Positions 21,810-32,385 of a DNA stretch of 64,000 nt are shown here, piece after piece. Under the pieces are notes generated by a model that saw only the letters and a list, made by a program, of their open reading frames with translations, was not told where the DNA came from and ran no database searches. How positions within the stretch are numbered: position 1 is the stretch's first letter; every line of letters starts with the position of its first letter. This stretch comes from an uncultured virus (IMG/VR IMGVR_UViG_3300011211_000002) (lineage: Duplodnaviria; Heunggongvirae; Uroviricota; Caudoviricetes), in IMG/VR virus record IMGVR_UViG_3300011211_000002; one strand, 5' to 3'. Position numbers and translations under genes: made by a program.

Positions 21810-22005
21810 TATGTTAAAAATTCACATACAACTTCAATAAATAAAATAAATACATATTATCTAAATTGACACCTCCTTTTATTATGTTAATATTTATCTA
21901 TAGGGATAGATTAAGAAATAGCTAGCTTAATTGACAAGTAAAGAATCCTAACTTCACTTCCCTATTCTATACAAATGGAAAATTACTGTAGGAGGTAATT
22001 TAATT

Positions 22006-23709
22006 ATGTATGATAATACATATATAAATATTCACGCTGTTGAAATATTGAACATGAGGTATGTAGAGAGTTTGAAAGACAACGCTATGCTAAAACACTC
22101 CCCTCACCTATTTGAGGAATGGTATTTTGAGAAGAATAATGAGTTAGGATTGGATATTTATAAAGTAACTAAAGGTAGCAGCAGGAAAGTTTGGTGGTTT
22201 TGTCCAAAGTGCAAAAGTTGTTATGATTTAAGTGTATCCCAAAGAGTTCGCGGAAATAAATGTCCTTATTGTAGAGGTTACAGAGTTAATAATTCAAATT
22301 CATTAGCATCATTACGTCCAGACATAGCTAATCAATGGCACCCTACTAAAAATGGAGATTTATCTCCAGATAAAGTATCTTGTGGTAGTGATATAAAAGC
22401 TTGGTGGATTTGTAATAATGACAGTAGTCATATTTGGGAATCTACAATTAGCAATAGAAATACTGGTCGAAACTGCCCGTATTGTTCTGGAAAAAAAGTC
22501 CTTAAAGGATTTAATGACATGTGGACTACCAATCCTAGACTTGCATCATTATTAGCTGATCCTGAAGATGGTTATAATTATAAAGAAAATAGTAATGCTT
22601 ATGTTAACTGGAAGTGCCCTGATTGTGGAGGAATCATTAACAATAGACAAATTAACTCTATAAACAAAACAAGACTAGTTTGTCCAATGTGTTCTGATGG
22701 AATATCTTTTCCAGAAAAAGTTTTATTTAATGTTTTAACAAGCTTGAATATAAAATTTGTACGGGATATAAATTTTATATGGTCTAACAATAAGAGATAT
22801 GACGCTTATTTAGGGGATTATAATTGTATTATTGAAATTCATGGTGAACATCATTACAATGGGAGATTTGAAGCTTTAGGTGGAAGATCATTACAAGAAG
22901 AACAAGAGAATGATTCATTAAAACAAAAATTAGCTAGCGAGAACGGCATTGAATATTACATTGTTGTTGATGCTAGAGAAAGTAATATTAACTATATAAA
23001 GAATTCAATGTTGAAAAGTGGGTTAAGTAAAGTTCTTAAAATAAATGAAATTGATTGGGATATAATCAACTTAAAAAGTAAAAAATCGAAATTAGTAGAA
23101 GTATGTGAAATTTATCAAAACAACTCTCTATCTTTTAAAGACATATCTAGTAAAGTAAATTTATCTCCAGACACTGTTTGGTCGTACTTAAAACAAGGAC
23201 ACGTTGTTGGCTTATGTGATTATATTCCAAATAGTGATAAAAATAAAGACTTAGCAATAAAAAAGAGTCTTAAACCAGTCATACAACTAAATTTAGATGG
23301 TGAGGTTCTTCATGAGTATAATTCAATTAAAGAAGCAGGAGAAACTCTAGGAAAGAATAATTATTCTTCTATATCAGCTTGCTGTAAAGGTAAAGCTAAA
23401 TCGGCTTTTGGATATCGATGGATGTACAAAAAAGATTATATCAATTTCATGTCTAACAATTTAGTTATCCCAAAAATAATAAAGAATTATCGTCGTTCTA
23501 GAGAAATAGTTAGAATAGATGAGGAATCAAATAAAATTGACTTCTACAAAACAATAACGGAAGCAGCAAAAGAAAATAATCTAAATTCAAATAGTGATAT
23601 AGCTTCTATATCTAAATGTTGTAGAGGTAAGTTCAATCATACCTATGGTGGTTATCGATGGATGTATCTCGAAGATTATGAAAAACAGTACGGAAAAATA
23701 GATGAATAG
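22006..23709 (+). CDS. Putative homing endonuclease: Zn-ribbon repeats + PD-(D/E)xK/Vsr-like nuclease + NUMOD1 repeats
   Basis: Repeated WW.C..C/CPYC ribbons, YD......IIEIHGEHH nuclease motif, two ISACC.GK....GYRW repeats. Confidence 0.8.
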   Translation: MYDNTYINIHAVEILNMRYVESLKDNAMLKHSPHLFEEWYFEKNNELGLDIYKVTKGSSRKVWWFCPKCKSCYDLSVSQRVRGNKCPYCRGYRVNNSNSLASLRPDIANQWHPTKNGDLSPDKVSCGSDIKAWWICNNDSSHIWESTISNRNTGRNCPYCSGKKVLKGFNDMWTTNPRLASLLADPEDGYNYKENSNAYVNWKCPDCGGIINNRQINSINKTRLVCPMCSDGISFPEKVLFNVLTSLNIKFVRDINFIWSNNKRYDAYLGDYNCIIEIHGEHHYNGRFEALGGRSLQEEQENDSLKQKLASENGIEYYIVVDARESNINYIKNSMLKSGLSKVLKINEIDWDIINLKSKKSKLVEVCEIYQNNSLSFKDISSKVNLSPDTVWSYLKQGHVVGLCDYIPNSDKNKDLAIKKSLKPVIQLNLDGEVLHEYNSIKEAGETLGKNNYSSISACCKGKAKSAFGYRWMYKKDYINFMSNNLVIPKIIKNYRRSREIVRIDEESNKIDFYKTITEAAKENNLNSNSDIASISKCCRGKFNHTYGGYRWMYLEDYEKQYGKIDE

Positions 23710-23771
23710 TTTTCTTATACATCTCACCTACTCTAATTATTGGATCAGTTTATAAAAATTGAATAAATTTA

Positions 23772-23800
23772 TTGACTATCAGTTCGAATTGTAAGATAAT
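23772..23800 (+). promoter_or_regulatory. SigA-like promoter for hairpin-array RNA
   Basis: TTGACT-17 bp-GATAAT with no downstream ORF/RBS on this strand. Confidence 0.65.
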
Positions 23801-23805
23801 GATGG

Positions 23806-24063
23806 TACAAACAACTTGCTCACACGCTGTGTATGACTAAGTTGTACATACTACAATGAATTTGCTCGCACGTTGTGTACGACTAAATTCAATATTTATT
23901 AGGAGCGTTAGTAACTAACTCACACGTTGTGTATGACTTAGAACTTATGCTCTTAAAATTTTTAGTCATATTTTAAAATCTTTTGAATATACTTATTAAT
24001 AAGTCGTACGTTGTGTACGACACAAAAGAGGGTTCGCACGTTGTGTACGTCCCCTCTTTTTTT
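23806..24063 (+). ncRNA. Putative structured ncRNA of five hairpins with conserved core TCRYACGYTGTGTAYGWC, convergent with DUF3800 gene
   Basis: Cores at 23820, 23866, 23920, 24004, 24034; each closed by a different complementary stem; TCA/TGA vs TCG/CGA covariation; ends in hairpin plus T-run. Confidence 0.75.
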
Positions 24064-24823
24064 ATTTGTGTTCACTAAATATAATTTTACTTTGAAGAAA
24101 TTGCGTGTAGAACTGAATAATTTCAGATTGATGTCTCTTTCTTGGTGGATGACCATATTTCTGTCTGAAGTATACAGATGTAATGAAATTAACTAAGTCA
24201 GCTAATTGAATTAAATTACAATTAGGATCGTGAGATTCTTTAATTTGTAAGTCAGGATAAACCCTCTTATTTGAAGGGTTTTTTAATGCGCTATAAAAAT
24301 TACTAATTTCACTCGATTTGCCATCGTCGCATATGACAAATGAAAAGTCATCATTTTGACTTAATTCTGTGTTTATTAAGGTGACTAATTCAGAATACCC
24401 GTCCACATGCATTTTATTGTGATCATTAATACCAGTAGTAGATTGATATGTTTGTTTATCAGTTATAGAAGCAACTATCTTTATCTCACTATCTTGTAAT
24501 AAGGTAAGTAAATCTTCAACTACTTTAAATCTATCATTATTTTCAAGGCTGTAATAAAAATCTTCTCCGTCTATGAAGGCTTTACCATGAATCTCAAAAT
24601 TCTTAAAAAACGGTAAATCCTTAATATTTTTAGAAGGAATACCTTGAACTTTTAATTTAATATCTCTCTTCAAATTATCCGAAATTTTTTGTACTTCATT
24701 ATGAAGATATATTTGTCTATGAATAGGCACTAAAATGCCTGCATAGCACAGTATTGGTTGATTCCTCAGATCATTAAAGCCATTATTTCCTGATTCATCT
24801 GTATAAAACCCGTATAGTCCCAA
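24062..24823 (-). CDS. DUF3800 family protein (predicted RNase H-like fold)
   Basis: N-terminal FYTDESGN, EIHG, ICDDG and C-terminal LIQLADLV motifs; TTG start with RBS GAGGGG. Confidence 0.85.
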   Translation of the reverse strand: MGLYGFYTDESGNNGFNDLRNQPILCYAGILVPIHRQIYLHNEVQKISDNLKRDIKLKVQGIPSKNIKDLPFFKNFEIHGKAFIDGEDFYYSLENNDRFKVVEDLLTLLQDSEIKIVASITDKQTYQSTTGINDHNKMHVDGYSELVTLINTELSQNDDFSFVICDDGKSSEISNFYSALKNPSNKRVYPDLQIKESHDPNCNLIQLADLVNFITSVYFRQKYGHPPRKRHQSEIIQFYTQFLQSKIIFSEHK

Positions 24824-25221
24824 AGTTGAGTCCCCTCTCTTTCCATAGTGTGATTATTGGTTTGTTTTTTTAAATTAAAATACAGTGAAATTACTCATAG
24901 TAAGTAAAGACATTTTTCCTATCAATTCATTATATTCTACTATAATTGGAATATAAAGACTATATTTCAACTTTAGTTAATAGTATTATATCTTTCTTCA
25001 ATTAAGTATATGCATTAATTACGAAAAGTATAACTTTTTAAACTTTATTATCAAAATATGTCGATATAAAACTTAGATTTTTTAAATTATATTTCGTTTA
25101 CATTCTTCTTTTAAGTTGAGTCTATTCCTTACAGAGATTAAATATTACAACTTATATCAAAATTATATCAACGACTTATGTTTCCAATTTACTTATAATT
25201 AAGTAGATTGGAGGTGAATTT

Positions 25222-25785
25222 ATGCAATTTAGGAAGCGTTTTTTATTTCTCATCTTATGTACTTCCCTATTTTTAGTTGCTTGTGGTAAAGAAGATGGAA
25301 CAGTTGATGCTGAAGTAAAAGAAAAATCCAAAGTAGAAACAAAGGCTGATGTTGTCGAAGAAATTAAGGAAGTACCAATTGAAAATGAAGTAAAAGATGA
25401 GTTGCCTAACAATGATTTGAGTGCCCAAGTAGATGTCATCTTGTATGATTTTGTTGGAGATTTAACGAAAGTCAATGAAATTGTGAAGAATTATATAACT
25501 AACTCCCCTTTGGAAGATTATCAAAAGAAGGAACTAATTGAAAAAGGTTCTGCACTTAATGATAAATTAAATACAATTAATATAACACCTACTTCGAAAG
25601 GTGAAGAAGATGTTGCATACTTGTTAGGTGAATTGAAACAGTATCAGCTCATAAGATACCAAGCCATTGAAAATTACACAGATAAACAAAATGACCATGA
25701 TTTCGGAATCATAAAAGCTCAATCTGAAATCATATACGATATCACATTAAAATTAATCGATATCGCAATGGTCGGTAGTAAATAA
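25222..25785 (+). CDS. Lipoprotein (accessory)
   Basis: Signal peptide with lipobox LVAC; RBS GGAGGTG. Confidence 0.8.
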   Translation: MQFRKRFLFLILCTSLFLVACGKEDGTVDAEVKEKSKVETKADVVEEIKEVPIENEVKDELPNNDLSAQVDVILYDFVGDLTKVNEIVKNYITNSPLEDYQKKELIEKGSALNDKLNTINITPTSKGEEDVAYLLGELKQYQLIRYQAIENYTDKQNDHDFGIIKAQSEIIYDITLKLIDIAMVGSK

Positions 25786-25925
25786 TATTATAATTGCATC
25801 CAAAGTAGGATGCATTAATATTTTATATAAATAAATACATAAAAATAAAAAGAAGAAGTTGAGTGATTTTATTTCGCTTACCTTCTTCTTTTTATTTTGC
25901 AAATTAATTAAGGAGGGTAAAAAAA

Positions 25926-28900
25926 ATGGCTACTAAGAATCCTATCGCACTATTGATGTCCCTAGACATAAATGGTAGTACCTCACAACAAAATGTTAAT
26001 CAATATGTAAAATCATTAAAAAAATATTATGATAGAAATCCACTACTCATATCATTAGGTGTTAATAAAGGTAATTTAGAAAAAGAATTAAATGAAATAT
26101 CTAAAATAATCAGCAAAAAACAAAATGAGATAAAAATAAATATTAACTCAAATAATGCTACGAAAGAAATGCAGGAATTAGAAAGTCAAATAAATAAAGT
26201 AATTGCCAGATTAAATGAATTGAATGCTAGGATGAGAACATCTAGTTCAAATGGAATTAACTCTAATATTGGTAATGCTTCTACTACATCTCTTAGTAAT
26301 TCCATATCACAACTGCAAGCACTAAATTCCAACACACAACAATCAACCTCTCATTTTAGTAATTTGCAAAATGCTATAAATAATACTGGAACAAGTTTGA
26401 ATTCAGTTAGTAATAATGCTAATCAGGCAGCTAGATCAACAAATGAACTTGGTAATGCATTCAGTCAAGCATTTACAAAATTCCCTATTTGGTTAATTGC
26501 CTCATCATCTGTGTTCTTACCATTGCAGGCTATGAGAGATATGACAGAACGAGTAGTGGAATTGGATTCTGCCCTTATATCACTTCAAAGGGTTGCTGAC
26601 GCGCCATTGTATCAGTTTGAACAAACGATTGAAAAATCACTTGTGAATGTACGTGAATTATCTGGTGTGACCACTGAGTATTTAGAAATACTAAATGAGT
26701 TTGCTCGTATGGATAACACCCTGACAGAAGCATTGGATTTAGCAAATACTGCTCAAATATTCTCTAACATTTCTGATTTAAATGCGAAGGAATCTGTAGA
26801 TGCTTTGACTGCTGCTACACTTGCTTTCAACATCTCAAAGGAAGATTCTATTCGCATTGCTGACACTTTAAACGAACTAGATAACAATTACAGCATTACT
26901 ACTCGTGATCTCGCACTTTCACTAAATAAAGCAGCTCAATCCAGTAAGACATATGGGGTCAGTCTAGAACAATTGACCAGTTATACAACTGCAATTGGCT
27001 CGGCAACTCGCGAATCTGGTAATATTATTGGTAATAGCTTAAAAACCATTTTTTCTCGTATAGGAACACTGAGTAAGGCTCAAGATGCATTGGCTGAAGT
27101 AGGAGTTTCAGTAAGAGATTCCTCAGGCGAAATGAGAGAAGTCTCAGAAGTAATTGATGAACTTGGTAACAAGTGGCAGAACCTATCAAAAGAGCAACAG
27201 CAAAATACGCTTATAAATGTCGCAGGAACCTATCAACAGAATAGGTTATCGGCATTAATGAATAACTGGTCAATGGCTATCTCAGCAAATGAGACTGCAT
27301 TGAATTCACAAGGTTCAGCAATGCGTGAACAAGAAAAATACAATGAAAGTTTGGAAGCAAGATTAAATAGACTTTCAACAAGTTGGACAGACTTCAGTTC
27401 TACCGTTGGAGACAAAGTATTATATGATGGTATTATTGTAGTAACTTCTGCTTTAGAAACGATGACAGATTCAGGTAACGGAGTTGTCTCAACAATTGGA
27501 CTATTACCTCCAGCAATTACAGTGGCAACTGTTGCTGTGTACGCATTCAGTGGTAGCTTCAGAGCATTAGTTGCTTCTACATATGCTTCAACGTCTGCTA
27601 CTATGGCTGCTACTGGAGCAACTGGTATATTTTCTGGTGCATTAGTTGGACTTAAAACTGTGGCAGGATTAGCTACAGTTGCATTAAGAGGGCTAGCTAT
27701 TGCAACTGGAATCGGTGTAGTTTTTGCTGTAGCAGGTGTTGCAATTGAAAAATTAACAAAAATAATATCAGAAAATATACAAAAGCAAGAAGAACTTGAT
27801 TTATATTTAGAAAAGAATACAACTGCCCTATCAAGCAACAAAGAAGAAGTAGAAAAACTAATTGTTCAATATAATTCATTATCCGATGCTAAAGCAAATG
27901 ACAATACTTGGGATTCAACTAAAGAAGAAGAGTATTTAAAAGTACAACAAAGACTTGGTGAAATATTCCCTGCTCTAATAGCTAGTGTTGACTCTACTGG
28001 ACAAACTCATCTAAAGAATAAAGACGCTATTGAACAAGAAATTAAAGCTACGGAAAAATTAATCGAAGCACAAAATAAAGTGACAGTTAATACCGCTATT
28101 GAAGAGTTCGAGAAACTAAATGATGAAATTAATGGTTCTTGGTATGACTCCTTGTCTAATTACGTATATGGTAGTTTAGAATCTAGAATTAAGCAACAAA
28201 AACAAATAATTGAGTCCATGAAAAAAAATGGCTCAGACACTTCTGTTCAAGAACTTGAGTTATTACAACTAGAACAATTATATCAACAAGCTAGTGAAAA
28301 AATTAAAGCTAAAATATTTGAAGTTGCAGATGCACAATCCTCCTTAAAAATTGATTCCAATATATCTGAGTCCTTGCAAAATTTCGTATCTTCATTAGAT
28401 TTTTCTGGGTTTGATAATGGACAATTAAAGGGTTTTGCAGATGAATTTGGCAGAATTCAAGAACAGATACAAAAAGCAATCAATACTGATGACGCTGAAT
28501 TGTATAATAAGAGCATTAAAAGCTTAAATGACTTAGCCTCAGCTAGTAAAGGATTCGACAAAGAGTTAAATTCATTTACATTGAGTTATGAAGAATTTTC
28601 TAACGCAATTGAAAAAGGACAGATTAAAATTGTTGAGGGCGAAGTTGTTATTGAAGATATGGCTAACCTCATGGGCAGTGCTGCAAATTCAGTTACAGAT
28701 TTATCCTCAAAAATGAAGGATTTCAAAGATGTCACCGAATCAATGGCAGGAGTATCGCAATCTGGTGTTGATGCATTAAATGATCTGGTTCTTCAATATG
28801 ATATGTTAACTTATCAATTAGCAGGATATACTGAACAACAGTTACAAGACATTTACACTAAAGAGAATTTAACTACCAAAGAACGTGAAGTTAAAAAGAC

Positions 28901-31900
28901 TTTAGATGATCGAATTGCTGTGATGAAGGAAATATCCAGTCTATATCCTGACTTATTCGGTAAGGATGGAAAAGCAATTGCGCTATCAGAGGAAAAACGA
29001 AAAGCTATTGAAAAAGAAAGTAAAGCTTACGAGGTTCTTTTGAAGGCATATAAACTTGCTCGTGATGGAAAGCTTGATGCTGAACAAAAAGCAACCTTAG
29101 CCTCAGCAAGTGGTACTATTGCTCGTATTGAGAATATGAAAACTGAAATTCGTATGCTTGAAAAATATACTAGAGCTAATAATATCGCAGCTAAAGTAGC
29201 AGGTGCAATATCATTAGTAGCAGGCGTTGCTATGACTGCTCAACAAATTGCTGCTGAACAAGCATTATCAGGTTATAGAGCTGAATTAGATGGATTAATG
29301 GGTAGTCTGAATAATGATATTGGGAAAATAGAGTCATTCACGTCAGCTATAGAAAACTCTGACAAAGCGACCAAAGGTTCAAGTAAATCTCAAAAGGATA
29401 AAAATTCTACAACTAAAGATTCAATTTACATAACAGATAAGTATAAACAAGCCATTGAAGCCTTAAATCTTGAAATTGAAAAACAACAAAAATTACAAGC
29501 TAAGTATCCTGAGCATTCCAATGAATACCGTAAACATCTTGAGGCACAAATCAAACTTGAGAAAGAAAAATTAGCCTTACAAGAAAAGCAAGCTAAAGCT
29601 ATTCAATCACAAATTGCATCAGGTAAAATTCAGCAAACTGGTAATGTTTCCAGTAAGTCTTCTACCACGTCTACTTCAAATGCTAAAGTTAACGGATTTG
29701 GTGGACGAATTTCAAGTAACTATGGTCAACGTGGTGGAGAATTCCATCGAGGTGTAGACATCGCTTCCTCTCTTGGTAGCCGTCTTGACGCTCCAGTATC
29801 AGGTAAGGTAATTAAAGCAGGTGATGCAACTGCAAATGGTATGTCATGGACTTATGGAAACCTAGTTGTTGTCCAAGATGATTCAGGCGTAAAACATATC
29901 ATGGCTCATATGGATAAAGTGGTTGCAAAAATTGGAGATTATGTACAGGCAGGTACTCAAATTGGTACGGTTGGAAGTACAGGAAATTCTTCGGGACCCC
30001 ACGTACACTATGAACAAAATACGGCTAACGGTAAATTAATTGATCCAACATCATATGTAAATCAAGTACGTTCTGGTAAGGTTCAAGTAATGTCTACGGC
30101 AAATGGTGGTACTTCAACTGTAGATACATCTCAGCAAGCTATTGATCAAGCTAGATCGGATTTTTACGGAGTACAAAATGATGCACTAAATACTAGAGAA
30201 ATAATTAAAGATTTAAATGAAAAATTAGTCAAATCTAATATTGCTTATTATAACCATTTATCTGATGGTGTAGATCGTTCCATTAAGAAGTCTAATATCC
30301 TTGCCAACCAACAACTCGAACATTCTCAAGCTTATCGTAATGAATTAGAAAAAGAAACTAAGCACTTAGAATACAAGCAATCTCTATTACATAAAGAAGC
30401 AAACTTCATTCGTGAACAACTTAAACGTACTGACCTCTCCTCTGCTTTCAAAGTTGAATTAACAACTCAACTTAGTGAACTATCACTTTCTTGGTGGGAT
30501 GTTGAAGAAAGTATTAAAAGTGTAAATGAGCAGATTGAAAATAGTAAAATTGCAGAATTTGATAAAAAGATTGAAAGTCTTAACTATTCTATCTCTAAAT
30601 CAAATAAACTAATGGATATGTATGCTAAAGGTACAAAAGAATATAATGACGAGCAGAAGAAAATCATATCAACATTATACGAAAAACAAAAAGCATACGA
30701 GTCTGAAGCTGAAGCATTACGTAGATCAATTCAACTCGAAAAACTATCTATAAAAGAGATTGAGCGAAAAAAGGAACGTCTTAAGGAATTATCATCAGCG
30801 TGGCTTGATATTCAATCTGAAATTATCCGAATTAATTCGGAGATTGCTGATGAGTTAATTAACGCAATGAAAGATGCTTATGGTCAACAACGTGACTATG
30901 AAATAGCTCTAAAAGATAAGCAAATTGAAGATTTAGAGGAATTACGGGATGCTAGATTAAAAGCTCTTGATGAAGAAGGTAAAGCTTACGAAGAATCCAT
31001 GAAAGAACAAATGGACGCTTTGGATAAAGCTCATAAGGACAAGTTAGACAAACTAGATGAAGAATCCAAAGCATTTGAGGATGCTATTAATCGTCAACTT
31101 GAACTAATGAGAAAGCAACGTGATGAAGAGGATTTCAATAAAGATATTGGTAAGCTTCAGAAAGAAGAAGTTAGTATTGTTGCTAAGATTAATGAATTAT
31201 CGATGGATGATTCTAGAGAGGCAAAATTACAGCGCAAAAAGCTTGAAGAAGAATTAGCTAATATTCGTGAACAGATTGCTGATAAACAAAATGATAGACA
31301 ATATGAACTTCGTGAGCAGAATCTTCAAGATGAATTGGATGCTTATAAATCACAACAAGATGCAAAGAAAGAAACGGAAGATAATAATTACAATACGTCT
31401 AAAGAAGCTTTAGATGATCAGTTGGAGTTATATAAAAAAGAATTAGAAGCTAAGAAAAAGTTAGAAGAAGAAAAGTTCAAAGCTACTAAAGCTCAATTAG
31501 AAAGAGAACGTAAAGATATTGTTAATCATTATGATCAATTAATTAATAATGAACAAGAATATGCTAATTTACGTGCACAGATTATTAATGGTAGTGTTGA
31601 TGGAATGAGTGAAAAGCTGTCCACCTTCCTTGGCAATTTTAAAACCATGAATAAAGACTTAATTAATGAGCTAGGTATTAGTTGGCAAGAGTTAGAGAAT
31701 AAGATTTATAGAATTACTCAAGCTCAAGGAAGTCTTGGTAATGTATCTACACCTAGTCAAAATATTGACTTAAATGATGGTTCAATAATTGGTTCGAATC
31801 CTAACAATTCTTCATCTAATAATAACACTTCTAGGGATAATGCGTGGCAACAATACTTAGCTAATAAAAAAGCATGGGATTCCGCATCAGCAGCAGAAAA

Positions 31901-32324
31901 AGCACGTTTAAATAAAGAAAATGAAAAATTACGTAGTCAATGGGGATTCCAAGATGGATCATATGATTCACTAAAGAACCTCAAGAAATATCATAGTGGT
32001 GGTATTGTTGGTGGTAAAGGTAATAAATTAACAGAGCTTACTAACAAATTATTCAATACTAAGCCTAATGAAGAAACTGTACTTGCACTTAAACGTGAAT
32101 TGTATGTTCCAGAAAATAATGTATCAAATATGTTTACAAATATTCGAGCTGCCATGCCTAATTTCAAAGTAAACAGTCCTCAAGGTGGATCGATAAAAAT
32201 TGATAGTTTACTTTCTATAGATAGCGTTTCTCAGAATGCTAATTTAGACATAGCTAGATTGACTGATCAAGTTATGGATACATTAATTGATAAAATGAGA
32301 CCGTATGGATTCAATGTACGATAA
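25926..32324 (+). CDS. Tape measure protein with M23 peptidase domain (YomI/CwlP-like)
   Basis: TP901-type tape measure core, TM region, HRGVD and GNSSGPHVHYE M23 motifs, long coiled coils. Confidence 0.92.
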   Translation: MATKNPIALLMSLDINGSTSQQNVNQYVKSLKKYYDRNPLLISLGVNKGNLEKELNEISKIISKKQNEIKININSNNATKEMQELESQINKVIARLNELNARMRTSSSNGINSNIGNASTTSLSNSISQLQALNSNTQQSTSHFSNLQNAINNTGTSLNSVSNNANQAARSTNELGNAFSQAFTKFPIWLIASSSVFLPLQAMRDMTERVVELDSALISLQRVADAPLYQFEQTIEKSLVNVRELSGVTTEYLEILNEFARMDNTLTEALDLANTAQIFSNISDLNAKESVDALTAATLAFNISKEDSIRIADTLNELDNNYSITTRDLALSLNKAAQSSKTYGVSLEQLTSYTTAIGSATRESGNIIGNSLKTIFSRIGTLSKAQDALAEVGVSVRDSSGEMREVSEVIDELGNKWQNLSKEQQQNTLINVAGTYQQNRLSALMNNWSMAISANETALNSQGSAMREQEKYNESLEARLNRLSTSWTDFSSTVGDKVLYDGIIVVTSALETMTDSGNGVVSTIGLLPPAITVATVAVYAFSGSFRALVASTYASTSATMAATGATGIFSGALVGLKTVAGLATVALRGLAIATGIGVVFAVAGVAIEKLTKIISENIQKQEELDLYLEKNTTALSSNKEEVEKLIVQYNSLSDAKANDNTWDSTKEEEYLKVQQRLGEIFPALIASVDSTGQTHLKNKDAIEQEIKATEKLIEAQNKVTVNTAIEEFEKLNDEINGSWYDSLSNYVYGSLESRIKQQKQIIESMKKNGSDTSVQELELLQLEQLYQQASEKIKAKIFEVADAQSSLKIDSNISESLQNFVSSLDFSGFDNGQLKGFADEFGRIQEQIQKAINTDDAELYNKSIKSLNDLASASKGFDKELNSFTLSYEEFSNAIEKGQIKIVEGEVVIEDMANLMGSAANSVTDLSSKMKDFKDVTESMAGVSQSGVDALNDLVLQYDMLTYQLAGYTEQQLQDIYTKENLTTKEREVKKTLDDRIAVMKEISSLYPDLFGKDGKAIALSEEKRKAIEKESKAYEVLLKAYKLARDGKLDAEQKATLASASGTIARIENMKTEIRMLEKYTRANNIAAKVAGAISLVAGVAMTAQQIAAEQALSGYRAELDGLMGSLNNDIGKIESFTSAIENSDKATKGSSKSQKDKNSTTKDSIYITDKYKQAIEALNLEIEKQQKLQAKYPEHSNEYRKHLEAQIKLEKEKLALQEKQAKAIQSQIASGKIQQTGNVSSKSSTTSTSNAKVNGFGGRISSNYGQRGGEFHRGVDIASSLGSRLDAPVSGKVIKAGDATANGMSWTYGNLVVVQDDSGVKHIMAHMDKVVAKIGDYVQAGTQIGTVGSTGNSSGPHVHYEQNTANGKLIDPTSYVNQVRSGKVQVMSTANGGTSTVDTSQQAIDQARSDFYGVQNDALNTREIIKDLNEKLVKSNIAYYNHLSDGVDRSIKKSNILANQQLEHSQAYRNELEKETKHLEYKQSLLHKEANFIREQLKRTDLSSAFKVELTTQLSELSLSWWDVEESIKSVNEQIENSKIAEFDKKIESLNYSISKSNKLMDMYAKGTKEYNDEQKKIISTLYEKQKAYESEAEALRRSIQLEKLSIKEIERKKERLKELSSAWLDIQSEIIRINSEIADELINAMKDAYGQQRDYEIALKDKQIEDLEELRDARLKALDEEGKAYEESMKEQMDALDKAHKDKLDKLDEESKAFEDAINRQLELMRKQRDEEDFNKDIGKLQKEEVSIVAKINELSMDDSREAKLQRKKLEEELANIREQIADKQNDRQYELREQNLQDELDAYKSQQDAKKETEDNNYNTSKEALDDQLELYKKELEAKKKLEEEKFKATKAQLERERKDIVNHYDQLINNEQEYANLRAQIINGSVDGMSEKLSTFLGNFKTMNKDLINELGISWQELENKIYRITQAQGSLGNVSTPSQNIDLNDGSIIGSNPNNSSSNNNTSRDNAWQQYLANKKAWDSASAAEKARLNKENEKLRSQWGFQDGSYDSLKNLKKYHSGGIVGGKGNKLTELTNKLFNTKPNEETVLALKRELYVPENNVSNMFTNIRAAMPNFKVNSPQGGSIKIDSLLSIDSVSQNANLDIARLTDQVMDTLIDKMRPYGFNVR

Positions 32325-32385
32325 CAATTTAGAGGTGGAGCTTAGTCTCCCCCTCTTTTTTAATTTTAGGAGGTGGAATCATAAA

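Noticed and set aside
23806..24063. CRISPR array interpretation of the five repeats
   Set aside because: Repeats are only 18 nt with irregular periods (46, 54, 84, 30 nt), the flanks pair with each other around each repeat, and there are no cas genes
23962..24196. Short ORFs 23962-24156 (-) and 24011-24196 (+)
   Set aside because: They overlap the DUF3800 gene and the hairpin array, lack an RBS, and are better explained as chance frames
27233..27841. 202-aa antisense ORF in tape measure gene
   Set aside because: Shadow frame of an Ala/Thr/Gly-rich segment; the same applies to the other short antisense ORFs inside long genes
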